Assembly (NCBI GenBank): GCA_002633005.1
Contig: NMRA01000011.1
Location: forward strand, 1,500,555-1,564,554
DNA from: Phoronis australis
Lineage: Eukaryota; Animalia; Phoronida
Direction of reading: 5' to 3'
DNA length: 64,000 nt
Below are positions 52,541 to 64,000 of this stretch, in pieces. Position numbers and translations under genes: made by a program. The notes under the pieces were generated by a model. It did no database searches. It saw nothing but the letters and a program-made list of their open reading frames with translations, and was not told the origin of the DNA. How positions within the stretch are numbered: position 1 is the stretch's first letter; each line of letters opens with the position of its first letter.

Positions 52541-53669
52541 GTGTGACATATGAGTTCACTCTGCAGATCTCTTATTGGATACCAGATAGTTGGTTTTAAC
52601 TTTTTAATCCATAGGGTTTTTGTTATACATGTATATGGAACCACGGGAAGCTTAATAATTGGGAAAAACACGTACAAACCCTACCGATCACGACAACTCA
52701 AAAACTTGTTATCGTATAACCAAAAGCGACGGAAATTGACCTTTATACAGAGAGATGCTTGAAGCCACCATTTACCTTTTTGACACATGACTACATTGTT
52801 ATCATCAGTATAACCTTCCTTTGCAGCACAATATACCACGACCGTGGTAAATACAAGACAAGCTACGTTAGTTGAAAGTTTTTTGGCTCCACGTGAGAAC
52901 GTAACCAGCGCCAGTGTGTAATGTCCAATAACACGCGAGTTTCTTGTATAAACTTGTGCCGTAACCGATCTTCTCTGATGTCGCGCCGTAAAGTGAGAAG
53001 AGTTACAATGAGGTTAAAAACAGATTTTGTTATCCTGGCCAGTGGCTCGGAGCCCGATAGGCCAGTCGTGGCCTGCCGGATTGACTCGTTGTATGACCCC
53101 GAGCGGGCCAGTGGCTCAGAAACTGATCAGACATCACGAACATAAACCAGACAAAGTTCAGTGGAAACTAAACTTCCAGTCAAGAAAATACTATACTAGT
53201 GAGCCAAAGTAATGTGCACGTGATTATGTTGGTGAATTACCACGAAACTGCAAATCTACCTACTCGTCGTGGGCCGCGAATTCAGGTTCCGCTTTGGCCA
53301 CAGCACCGTCAGGGCAGAAATTGTGCATTGACAATTATTATTTGATTAATGTAAATGTAAATAAAGATTCCCCTAACACGTGGCCGTGGGATGGAAATCG
53401 AGTTGTTTCACAACAGTTTCTGCCAGCAAACACTAAATTAGCTGAGCTCACGCGGCATCGGTGTCGTGTCAATTTTTAGTTTTATTGCACCTACAGCCGG
53501 TAACACAGTGATTTATTCATTACTGCTGGCTTTTCAAATCGTTTGCACTCACGAACACTCCAAAGGCATTACAAATTGCATCTAATGAGACAGACTTTGT
53601 TTCAGTTTTAGTATTGGTTAGGTGAGAATAATTCATTTTGAAACAGAACGCTCTGTAATAAACGCCAAC

Positions 53670-54233
53670 ATGGCAACTCGCAATCCCGACTTAGGACGAC
53701 CTAGAGCTCATCGGTCCCGATTTTGCAGGTGGATCGTTAAGTTTTACAGGATATCAATTCGTACAGGAATACAGTGATGAAGAAATACTAGAGAGGCGCC
53801 GTGAACAAGCTCAGACAACGGAACGTATGGAGTTATTTGGTAAGCCGGCATTCGTCAGGCACTGTCGACGTCTTCACTAGGTCACAGACACGGAGATGTT
53901 TCACGGCCTCATACTTGCTACTTACAGCGTACATTTCATTCGTCACTACCACGAGCCACTTCCTAAGCATTTCGGACTCCCGAGAAAGTAAAAAAAAACG
54001 ATATATCCGCTTTCCTCGCAGCGGCTTAGTTCGGACAAGCGGGAACGATGCACCGCAACATAGCGGCATTCACTCTGCATATGAACCACTGACGTCGCTA
54101 GCGTCGTTTCTCACCTTCCTCACACGTTAACGCGACACCTCTTGGCAAGGTAAGGTCGACCGTATGCGAGGCGAGGTGGATATAGACCGATTAAGACGGC
54201 AAAAATACTAATTAAAACGGGTGGCATTCTCCT
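53670..54233 (+). mobile_element. Kolobok-like relic with degenerate accessory-gene (KolX/P2X7 C-terminal-like) first exon
   Basis: GYQFVQEYSDEEILERRREQ resembles the PYxFEP-E-Y-x-DEE motif; donor g|gtaagc at 53839; right end GGGTGGCATTCTCCT|TTAA. Confidence 0.35.
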
Positions 54234-57200
54234 TTAAACGTTCTAGTTTGAACTCGAAATTTCGATTTTCTTACTCAAAATCGCGCACTTAGAATCTAAA
54301 ATTCAGTAACCATAGTATCTCGGCAGCAATTTTTCTTTGAGATAAGCGCGTATCTACAAAGCAACCAAGAAGAAATGCAACGTCGTGTTCAACAAAATTT
54401 GCATAGGCCATCATGTATTCGATCTAGTCTCTCTTATGATTGACGGCCATGGCGTGAAGTATGTTATCAAAGAAGGCTGACCTCACCACCAATTACAAGG
54501 GCACATATTGGTACCATCATCACAATAAGTATTCTATACTTTTAATTTCGTTGAGTTACGACAACCTATTTAAGATCTCAACGTCATAGTATCAGATCAC
54601 GTGACTTTCCACCTGAGGAAGCCAAGACATTCAGGAATTTGACTGTATTTTCGGTTTGCACGAAGCTGACTGCACGCTGGAGGCAGGAACGAGGCCAAGG
54701 TCTACACACGCCTGCACCATCCTTGTATAGACTAGATCCTTTTAGGGACAGAGCACTTCCAGTCTCTTCCGACTCGTGATTCGTGGTGAAATGGTACCAA
54801 GTCATTACAGCTAAAGCTATCCCTTCCAACAAGATCACAGAGTGTTCACCTTAACAATATGATTGCCCTCTTCTTTTACTAGTAGCGCGTTCACTTGGTG
54901 CTGCGTGGTAACGACAACACTTCTGTGATATCACTCTCTGCGTATACTGCGTGGCCGTTCGTATAGTAAATGATTAACTCTGACGCAAACGTTAACCTGT
55001 AAACTGCACATTATTATGTACTCATACTATACAGCTGAGGTTACTTTAGCGTCGCTAAAAAATAAGACTCAGAATAATTGACAATATAATGAATTGACAA
55101 TGAAACGGTGTTTGTGTAACCCCAGTGTTTTTTTAATATAAGACAAATAACATACAAGCTAATGAACTCAGCGAGAAAGTTAATGCAGTCATAAAATAAA
55201 CTGTAAACAGTATTGGTTTACACGAAAATTACTGCTAGCTTCGTTTTGTTTTCAGCGCGCAAAAGACTGTGTGAGCCGAAAATACAGCCAACTGAATTCC
55301 TGATTTTTAAAGTCACGTGAGATTACTAACCTTGCAGGTGTCGTTAATTTCGCATTTAAAAAGGCTGTAGAGGATTCATAGCACACTGTTCTTTTTTGTT
55401 ATTACTCTGTGCACAAAGACCTATTCTAAGTAGATCAGTATAATAAGAAAACAAGTGTACAGTACAGTGTATGCACTAGAACATTTGTATCAGTACTGAG
55501 CACTTACTACGACCTTAGTGCAGTATACGTTGAGAGTTTATACAGCTGTTCCTATTCGCGAGTAGACATCAGCCGAACGGTTTCAATCTATTCTGNGCCT
55601 AGAAATTGTAATATTGAGCCTTTTCGGAATACATCTTTCTACTGTCGATGACTTTTGTTTACGATAGTGTCCTTATACAGTATGAATAACACACCGGTTA
55701 AATCGGCCACATAATATGTGTTTATTGTGCATGTATGTGCTTCAAGCACGCGGCTATTAAACATCACTTCAGAAACGAAGGCTAAAAATCGTTCACAGTC
55801 CGCCATTTTTTCACGTTGTTGTAAAGCTAACCAATGACTGCCAAGATTACATCGACCAATGCTAAAGCACGTGCCACTAGGTGATACCTGCGTGCTGGCT
55901 GGGCTAAGCACGCAGGGAACCAGCGAGCCTGTACCTGGGCCTTCACAAGTTATCCGTGACGTCATCTTGTGAGGCCCGGGAACCAGGTTAGCAGACTACG
56001 TGCTTAGAGGCCACAACTAGGCAATGTCTTTGAATATTACCACTCTCGTCGGTGGGTGGTTTTTACCCACAGGTGCCGTGTAATTCGCTAAAAGCGTAGG
56101 TCATGCATACCTGTTGAGCAGAATTTTGAGGGATGTAGAGCGTTACAAAGTCTTATTTTGTTTCAGGGAATAGGATGAGAAAGTCCTTTTAAACATCTGT
56201 TAATAGGCAAAGACGGGTTTGGTGTCCTTTCAAGTAACGTAACACAGGCATCAGATGTTTCAACGACAAAGTTGTAATTGCGCTCTATTTTAATACATCA
56301 ACTCGATGTCTATGCTTGGCTGAATCAATAATACAAACAGTTACCAGAAATATAAATGACTGTCGTGAGTTTCAAGGTTTATAGGTTAGTATGCATTAGC
56401 AGACAATTAAAAAAATTGTCTCAGATTATGGCATCACCAGTTTCAACAATTTCTACCGGGGGATGTTAATGTTTTTCGTGTTCTTAATGATTATGTACTC
56501 CACTAATCCTAAGTCACTGAAAGTCCATTTTACACCGTTTCAATATATCACGCGAATGGGTACTCAAAACAATTTTGATACGGAAACAACGTGAACAAGT
56601 TTTCTTGTCATTAAGACTATATTGAAAACGACACTCTTGTGTCAGTTATCCGTTTTTAGTCGCTGTTATACCCGTTTCGCAAATGCTCAGAATGCTGTTT
56701 CAAAGACAAAGCAGTTTCAAAAATGAACCGAACAAAATTGAACGAAATTCTGCCAGGCTCCACCAAACTATAACGAACAACGTGCCAAAAACCGGTGGAT
56801 GTTTAGTTGAACTATTGCCGCAATAAATTAGCGCATTTATAGAATTTTAGTCAGATTATGCTTTCATGTTCAGCTAATTTAAATACACCAGGTGACCTTA
56901 GCTTTGATTGGCCAACCAAGGAACAGACGTCAGATTTGTTAGCCAGATTCTAATGCCAACAGCGGGCTGAACTAGTGATTAAATATACAGGTAGGTTCAT
57001 TACCCGCCGTTAGGAGTATAGGAAACACACATGAACGGCGTTATTTCTATTCCCTTCTTATGAAGGTGACAGATTTTTGGTGTTCAAACAACGATGACGT
57101 TTTTGTTAAAATATCACTCAACAAGAGGATACCGAATGACACTGAGATAAGCAGACTGCTCAGGTCCTTCTTTGCATCGATAGTCTTCTTCATATAATTA

Positions 57201-57879
57201 TAATTGGTTGGACTTCACTTGAATCCATAGAACATCTCTTAGTAAATGCACATTGTTCTCGTCTCATCAGTGCAATGCAGAAACATTTGACATTCAAATG
57301 GATATCAGACATTCTGGTTCCTCAAGAACAAGATTGGACATTTCTGAGTTACCGTGGAGGGGGGGGGGGGCGTCCCATAAAAATTGCTTTGGTCTTTGCT
57401 GCAATAAAAAGACATATTTGGCAGCAGAAGGCCTGAGAAATACAATAAATCACATTTTAGTGACTCTTAAGGGTGTTACATTTTAGCTGATTGGACAAAT
57501 AATAAGACACATGAATTGCTAGAGAAGATGCACATTCAACCACGAACACCTTGAAACTTAGCATAGACACCGGGATACTGGGCAACGGGTTGCCGATTGG
57601 TTTGTTCGTTACCACCCGATTGGAAAACAATTCCAGCTGGCTGGAAGAGAATAGCAAGGGCAACGCGTAGGGTTGAAATGTGCCCACGACAGCACCACAA
57701 ACAATGTGCTTCTATGGAAGATTGTATTATCACAAAAATGGTCACTAGATGGCATCGAATACGTTCTAACGGTCCGAATTGAGAAGGGTCATGAAAATCA
57801 GCGATAAGGAACTTCTAAGACACACAGAAGAAACGGAAAAACAACAATTGACACAAGGCACATCAGTATACGCAAAACA

Positions 57880-59010
57880 AAGCAAAATTGACCCTACAGG
57901 ACGCCAGAATATTTGAAAACATCCGAAAATCAACATCAGCCAGGGTCTTGGCATCAGAAACACAACCATCTATTTTCATAATGATCCTTTGAGCGGTTTA
58001 GCAGATAGAGAGGCAAAGGTAAAATACATACAATAAAAAATTAAATGGCCACCAGGTGGTGCGTAAAAAACAAATCTGTACGAAACTAAGAGGGCGCAGA
58101 CGTCTCCGAAGATACAGAGGCAAAGGTAAGAAAATATTTATCCACTAGGTTGTGTTATTTGGATCACTTCAACACCTGCTACCGTTTGTGATCGGCACCA
58201 TAGGAATACATCTTTCAAATTTCTCATTAAGCTCCTTCAAATGGTTAAGGAGATTCGGCCACAGACGCAAACAAAACAAAATCGCCACTGGAGGGCGACA
58301 CAGTAGCCGGAGCCGTCCGAAAGTCAACGTCAGCAACACATCCGTAAATTTTCATTATTATCATTCCATCGGTATGACAGATAAAGAGGCGGACTCCAGA
58401 AAACAGAGTAATGATATAAAATGGCCACCAGGAGGCGCAGAAAACATCAAATATGTCCGAAAATGGGAAATCTGCGTCGTCTCCTTAGTAGCAACAAATT
58501 TGCCGAATTTCATGAAAATTAAAATTGATGAACTCCAAAGATGCAGAGGCAAACGTAAAAAAAAACATTTTGCCACTAGGGGCACAGTGGTATTTGGATC
58601 ACTTCATCACTCGTTACCGTTTGTCGTCGGCCCCATAGGAATACGTCTTTCAAATTTCACAAGGTCCTTCAAGGTGTTGTTGAGATTCAGCCGCAGACGC
58701 AAAAAAGCAAAATCGCCACTAGGGTGCGCACAGTAGTCCGACCAATCCGAAAGTGTACCTCAGTCGTAGCCTTCTCATCAGGGACACGTGTATACAATTG
58801 AGGGATATGGCGGATAAAGAGACGGACGCCAGAAAACGGACGCAAAACTAAAAAATAGCCACAAGACGGCGTAAAATCCATTCGAAAATGAAATGGAATC
58901 ATTGCCTTCCAATTAAAAAGCAATTTGCCGAATTTCATAAACATCCATCAAGGAACTCCGGAGATACAGTGTAAAACGTAAAAAAATTGTCGCTAGGGCG
59001 CACGCCAATC
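57880..59010 (+). repeat. Degenerate tandem repeat (~430-bp period, three ~145-bp subunits), each subunit with a CCACYAGRNGGCG-like motif
   Basis: Matching blocks at 58142/58571/58989, 58283/58715 and 58045/58422/58857 (e.g. tttggatcacttca..ac..g.taccgtttgt..tcggc.ccataggaatac.tctttcaaattt occurs twice). Confidence 0.7.
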
Positions 59011-60934
59011 GCCGGATTCGTTTGAAACTAGTCATCATATGCTGTTAGTTCCAAAAAAACACATCTCCCAAAGATCAAAAAGTTCTTGGAGAACTTTATG
59101 ATGAACTTAATGAGCGGATAAAAATCCAAAAACAACCCGGAAATTTCTAAATGCCAGATTTCACCTCACCGCACTAATTAGACGCTTTCGGATATAAAAC
59201 ATATGCGCTAGTACAGGCTACAGTACATTTTTTAAACTATTCGTTCTTGCAATGTTCCGTCGGGTTTTCGTCTTTAACTTTTCGTAAACCGTTTCTTTCA
59301 GAAGTATTGGATTTTGTCGTTGCATTGGCACTCATTATCAATGACTGAAACGTGTTATTTTCGCAAAAAGAATCCCTGTTGCTCCATATACGTCCGGAGC
59401 GGAAGTCCTCACCAGTATATTGCAATGTCCTCAAAAATCGTTTCGTTCATTAGGGGGGTAATTTCTTGAGACCAATGTTTTATTTCATGGCATACCACTC
59501 AAGCACTATTAATATGTGTAATTAAGTCGCAATACTGCAATGCTTACGAGTTTTGCCTTGGTCAGATAATAAGTCCAAATTAGACCATTCAAAATTAAGA
59601 CACAGCAATACTTTTCGCGTCTAGATCTTTGGGACACAGGTAAAATAGAATTTTCCAAAACAATCCCTAGGGGGAAAACACTCAACACGAGAAAGGCGAG
59701 AAAATTTTAAGCTGTACATTACACCGCTTGGGAGTTAATGCGTTTTTCTATTAGTACGTAATGCACGCATAATGTGACACGTGATGTGTTGTGCGTATAT
59801 TTTCGTTTTAGCAATGAAATAAACGAGGGGTTTCCAGTTGCTTGTAATGTTTATGGCATAATATGCACAATCCTTAATGCAGAACGGAACATGTAGCAAT
59901 TGAATACGCATAAAGGGGGATGGGGTTCCGTTTTCATGACGTCTGCGCTTGGGTTTTCCAATTGAAACTGTGCCAACTACTATGGCAGTTGCTGTTCCCC
60001 ACCCTTGTTAAATGTAAGATAGTTTGTACTTTCCCAAAGAATAAAACCACAACTACTTGTTCACACAGCACCATTCATAGGCAGTGGTGTTTGTCACTTG
60101 GCAATGTTTGAGTGTCACAATGCTGCACTAGTACCGAAATCACGACTAATTGTTCCTGTTGTCTACGAAAACGCGTTATTTTATACGGATACATGGAATC
60201 AAGAATAAAACGCAATTGCCATCACAATGGGTACATGCATCAATCATCTTTACATTAAGCGTTAAACACTTACGGGAACACGTCTAAAATGTCCGTATTA
60301 CTGTTCAGCTGTCAGTTACTTCGCTTGTGATACATATAGCAATTGAGCCACGAGGATCCCGCCTACCATTGAAACAAACCGACCAATGTCATAATGCGAT
60401 TGGCTGTTATAGTACAAGGCTTCAAATAAGGCTTTTAATCGGACATTGTGGGGAGGATTCGAATTCAGTAAGAAACCAATGAAATCTGCTTTCTAAGAAC
60501 AAACTTCAAAATATAACGATTAAATTCGACATCTAAGTCCATGACTCCGCCAACGACCACAGACGGAGGTAGGCGTGCTACAATTTGAATATTATACTGA
60601 AGCCAGATATCATCATCATGTTTTCAGGGTCTATGTGCACTTGAATCCTTTCAAAACCCCAGCTGCAATTTACAGGGTGACTAATGTTATTAACTGTGAA
60701 TCGTTATGACTGTACTTCAAACATTTAGGTTAAAAACATGATAAAAATGACATCCGAGGAAACCCAAGGAGCCCCTGCATACAGTTCAGACATTCAAGTT
60801 TTCAGGAAGGTTCGACACAGTTTCCCAAAAAGCCGTGCATCAGAAGTTGACTGAGTTGTAAAACATTTTGATAATTTATGTTTTTATTCAAAGTAGTAAA
60901 TACACAAAACGTAACTCGATTGGCGTAGATCGAC

Positions 60935-61106
60935 ATACATAGATTATTACATGGCGAAGTCGTTATCCCCCGTTATCTAGAGCCCGAGCGGATTTTAGAG
61001 AATTATAGCCCGAGGGGCGTTAGCCTTGAGGGTGATAATTCTCCAAAATCCACGAGGGTTCTAGATAAGGGAGATAACGACTGAGAACATGGAATAATCT
61101 ATTTAT
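60935..61106. mobile_element. Foldback (long hairpin) interspersed element, ~80-bp arms
   Basis: atagattatt.catg...gtcgttatc.cc.ttatctaga.ccc..g.ggatttt.gagaattat..ccc.agggg, a short loop, then the reverse complement; a half copy lies at 22088-22172. Confidence 0.75.
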
Positions 61107-61654
61107 ATCACATACTTTACGAGAAACATTGCAATGAATCGATCTACCTTTCTGGACTCGCCTCGGCTTTGTAACTACTTTCTATGCCAGAGGCCCGGGG
61201 TCGGAGGTCGTGACCTTTTAAGAAAAGCCGAGCTAATTTTGTCAAATAATGGTTATACTCAAAAGCAATTGAAAATTTAAACAAAATAGAAATAAAGTGA
61301 ATCTATAAATAAAGGTTTAGCAACTATTATAGCTTACTACACATTTTATCACGCTAAGCTTCGACCGGTAAAATAGCGTCTGCTAAAGTACGTTACCACT
61401 AGTAACAGTAACTGACTATAATGCTCAAGTCAAAGGATCCCGACGACACGAAACCCGCATTCAAGTTGGAGATCGGTGATTTACAAGTGAGAGAACACAA
61501 GAGAAAATTTTCACTGCATTAAAATATCGTTTTTATGGAAATTATGCGTCTCAGTTTTCGTAGCGTATAAATGTCGGTGCAATGCCATTTGCTGAACATG
61601 CGATTGTTGCGCGTGCTCATTTAGTATTCTATTTTCACGTACGATGACGTCAGC

Positions 61655-61760
61655 CGCTGAGTGGTGTAGTGGTAAAGTCGGCGACTCGAAACTCTAGAGG
61701 CCCGGGTTCGGCTCCGGCCTCGGTTGCCCGCAAAAATGTTATCTCACTAGTGAGATAATT
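61655..61760 (+). mobile_element. tRNA-derived SINE head / tRNA pseudogene
   Basis: A-box TGGTGTAGTGG and B-box GGTTCGGCTCC at tRNA spacing, but the D and anticodon stems do not pair; followed by the 20-bp palindrome ttatctcactagtgagataa. Confidence 0.55.
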
Positions 61761-62361
61761 GCATGGGTTATTACACCGTTGTATCTGCCATTCGAGGCTA
61801 ATATTGTGCTATAAGAAGTAATATCCCACGAGACATTATTCTGCGGTCTCTGTCGAAACTCGAGGTCGATACGCGAAACAATGTCTTGTGGGATATTTCT
61901 TCATCTACGCCAATCGAGTTACGTTTTGAATTTCTACCATACGCTTCGAATTCCTAAGCTTCAGTTCTCTCATTTTTTCGGCAGATTTTTTAAATACTTC
62001 ACCCAGACTGTTCACGTGGCGGATCACATCTTATATGTATGTGCATGCGCGTTAGGTTACAAGTTTTCTCTAGTAAAAGAAACAGTGTTAAATGTAACGA
62101 CTAATTACTTGAAAGGAGATAACAAAGAGAAAAACAACGATAAGTTGTGCATTGAACTTGTAACATTTCCTGAAAATACCAATAACAACAATATTTGATA
62201 TTGTAATTGCCGAGGAATCGGCGCTTTGCAGACGATGTAATGTTTAGCTGTGGCAATTGAAAATTGAGACAGAACTGTCATATAATTAAATGTTTTGTAC
62301 CAGACGTTACGTGAGGGGCCTGATTGCGTGTTGAGTATTATTTATACTGCTGCAATTGTTT

Positions 62362-62545
62362 TACTTCAAGCTATTTTCGGAGAGTTTGATGATCGAACCG
62401 GCTAACGACGTCGAGTCGACATTGACCTACCTTTTGAACTTTCCATGTCAGAGGTCACTGTTGAAGTAGTGCGGGTGGTGAATACGGAAAACAATACCAC
62501 ATGGCCGTAATGCACTCAACTGATTGAACGCGTATGGGATAACCT
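62362..62545 (+). repeat. Interspersed repeat, copy 2 (copy 1 at 267-445)
   Basis: Aligned by eye to 267-445. Confidence 0.8.
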
Positions 62546-63467
62546 ATCAAATTTAAAACGCAGTAATTTTGCGTTGAGTTTTTTTATTTTGACCATTAAT
62601 AATAGCTCGAAACATCAAATTTCACAATAATGTCATATTAAACAGAACGCAAACCCAAATGTAGACTTAATTCAAACTATAATTTTGAATTCATTAAAGA
62701 AGAAACTTGTTGTAATTACTCTGTTCACATTAACGAAGCTTAGTCTACAATCCCAACAAAAAAACATAGCCTTATCGACATCCGGTGAAATGCAAAGGAG
62801 TAGTCGTGACCTTGAAATTGTCGCACTTTTGAGGTCAAATTGAGCATTCTATCATGCATGTGACGCGTTCGAGTTAAAACAGCTCAAAATTTGAATCGGC
62901 AACACCTACTTTTCATTTTATAAAAACTACGATGGGCATCAAAACAAGGGAAATTATAAACGCGAAAGGTTTTGTGAAGAAGCCAAAACGCTAAAATGTT
63001 AGGTACTATAAATCCACAGAAATACATTTGTACACCGGCTTATGGTTATCAGTAAATCAGAAAGTAAGATTACAACCGTTGAAACCTATTCTGACATCGT
63101 ATAACAAAAGGGGGAGTGGCTTTTCAGTAACCCCTGTAAAGTTCACAATTATAGCAGAGATGTCTTTTTGATTGGCGGAGATAATCTACGTAACGGTGAC
63201 TTCCAGAACCCAAACATAAAACTACGTTAAGTGAAAGATACTCATGACGGCTGCAATCAAAATACAGGCCCGGCTCGTCTCATCTTGTAACCGTTCAATT
63301 ACCAGTATAGGTAACAATAGACAAGCGGTAGATGGGGGCGTAGTGATTGTGTTCCACAGGTTTATATGAAATGTAGCCTTTCAGACATCTGGCTTCTCTT
63401 GTTTTGAGAGACATCGCGCATCACAGTCTTCAACATACATTGTAGTTTTATACAACTACCGAGTGTC

Positions 63468-63690
63468 ATGTGAAACACGGGGATAATGACGTTAAACTAT
63501 TAATATTACTCAGCTCAATGTCCTCAAAACACAGGAATTATGTCGTTGCATTATTACTAACCAATGTCCTGTGAAACACAGGGATGGTGTTGAGATATTA
63601 TTACCCAATGTCCGAAGCTGTGGAACATAGGGTTAATGGCAATAAATTATTCCTACTCAATGTTCTTCGAAACACAGGGATAATGGAACT
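63468..63690 (+). repeat. Degenerate ~50-bp minisatellite, about 5 units
   Basis: Recurring gaaacacagggataatg...attatt...caatgtcc. Confidence 0.7.
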
Positions 63691-64000
63691 GAGTTATTCG
63701 CTATCTTTACCCCAACCAATAACGCCCAAAAGCTCATTCATGTATGTTCGCATTTAGGCTTAAAATTCCGAAATCTTATGTGCTACAATTTTACTTTGTA
63801 TTCGTTTAATATTGCAATTTGTTTGTAGTCCATGAGATTCTTAAACGCATTTGGGAGAGCGTGGGTGCGATTACTAGACTGGCTGTGTTAAAGCGAACTG
63901 ATCAGCTGACTGCGTTCTCTGAACACAGGCAAAGTTGTGGCTTGCAGTTGTCAAAGGAATGATGCTGAGGCGAGGGTTGTAATGATCGAAGATGACGATG

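Noticed and set aside
54584-54853. Coding-looking GC-richer patch (KLTARWRQERGQG)
   Set aside because: No convincing splice sites or family motif, and an in-frame stop.
58152-58736. 194-aa ORF
   Set aside because: It is a translation of the ~430-bp tandem repeat (FGSLxHxLPFVxGxIGIxLSNF occurs twice) with a non-ATG start.
61655-61727. Functional tRNA (apparent CGA anticodon)
   Set aside because: The acceptor, D and anticodon stems do not pair properly.

Overview
This is eukaryotic (animal) DNA: AT-rich, gene-poor, intron-containing and dense with transposons. It is most consistent with a marine invertebrate such as a hemichordate, echinoderm or lancelet (inference only). Two protein-coding genes are supported, both on the minus strand. 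One is a Mist1/dimmed (BHLHA15) bHLH factor with a single coding exon (29465-30052). The other is a secreted ependymin-related protein with five coding exons (614-5585, 201 aa), which the ORF track shows only in fragments. The rest is mostly transposon debris: an internally deleted Academ-like element with a nested MITE, piggyBac, THAP, Kolobok-like and Tx1/L1-like relics, Penelope-like hammerhead motifs, a tRNA-derived SINE head, several MITE families with readable TSDs, and mini/microsatellites. Two N-centred duplications look like assembly artefacts. The most striking unexplained signal is the palindrome TACATGTA: at least 22 copies by eye against about 2 expected. Inside a minisatellite and a dead transposase it appears as a 6-bp insertion at TA, which matches Tc1/mariner-type excision footprints. 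A ~1.1-kb repeat also carries a same-orientation array of CTCF-like motifs. All calls were made by eye; no database searches were run.
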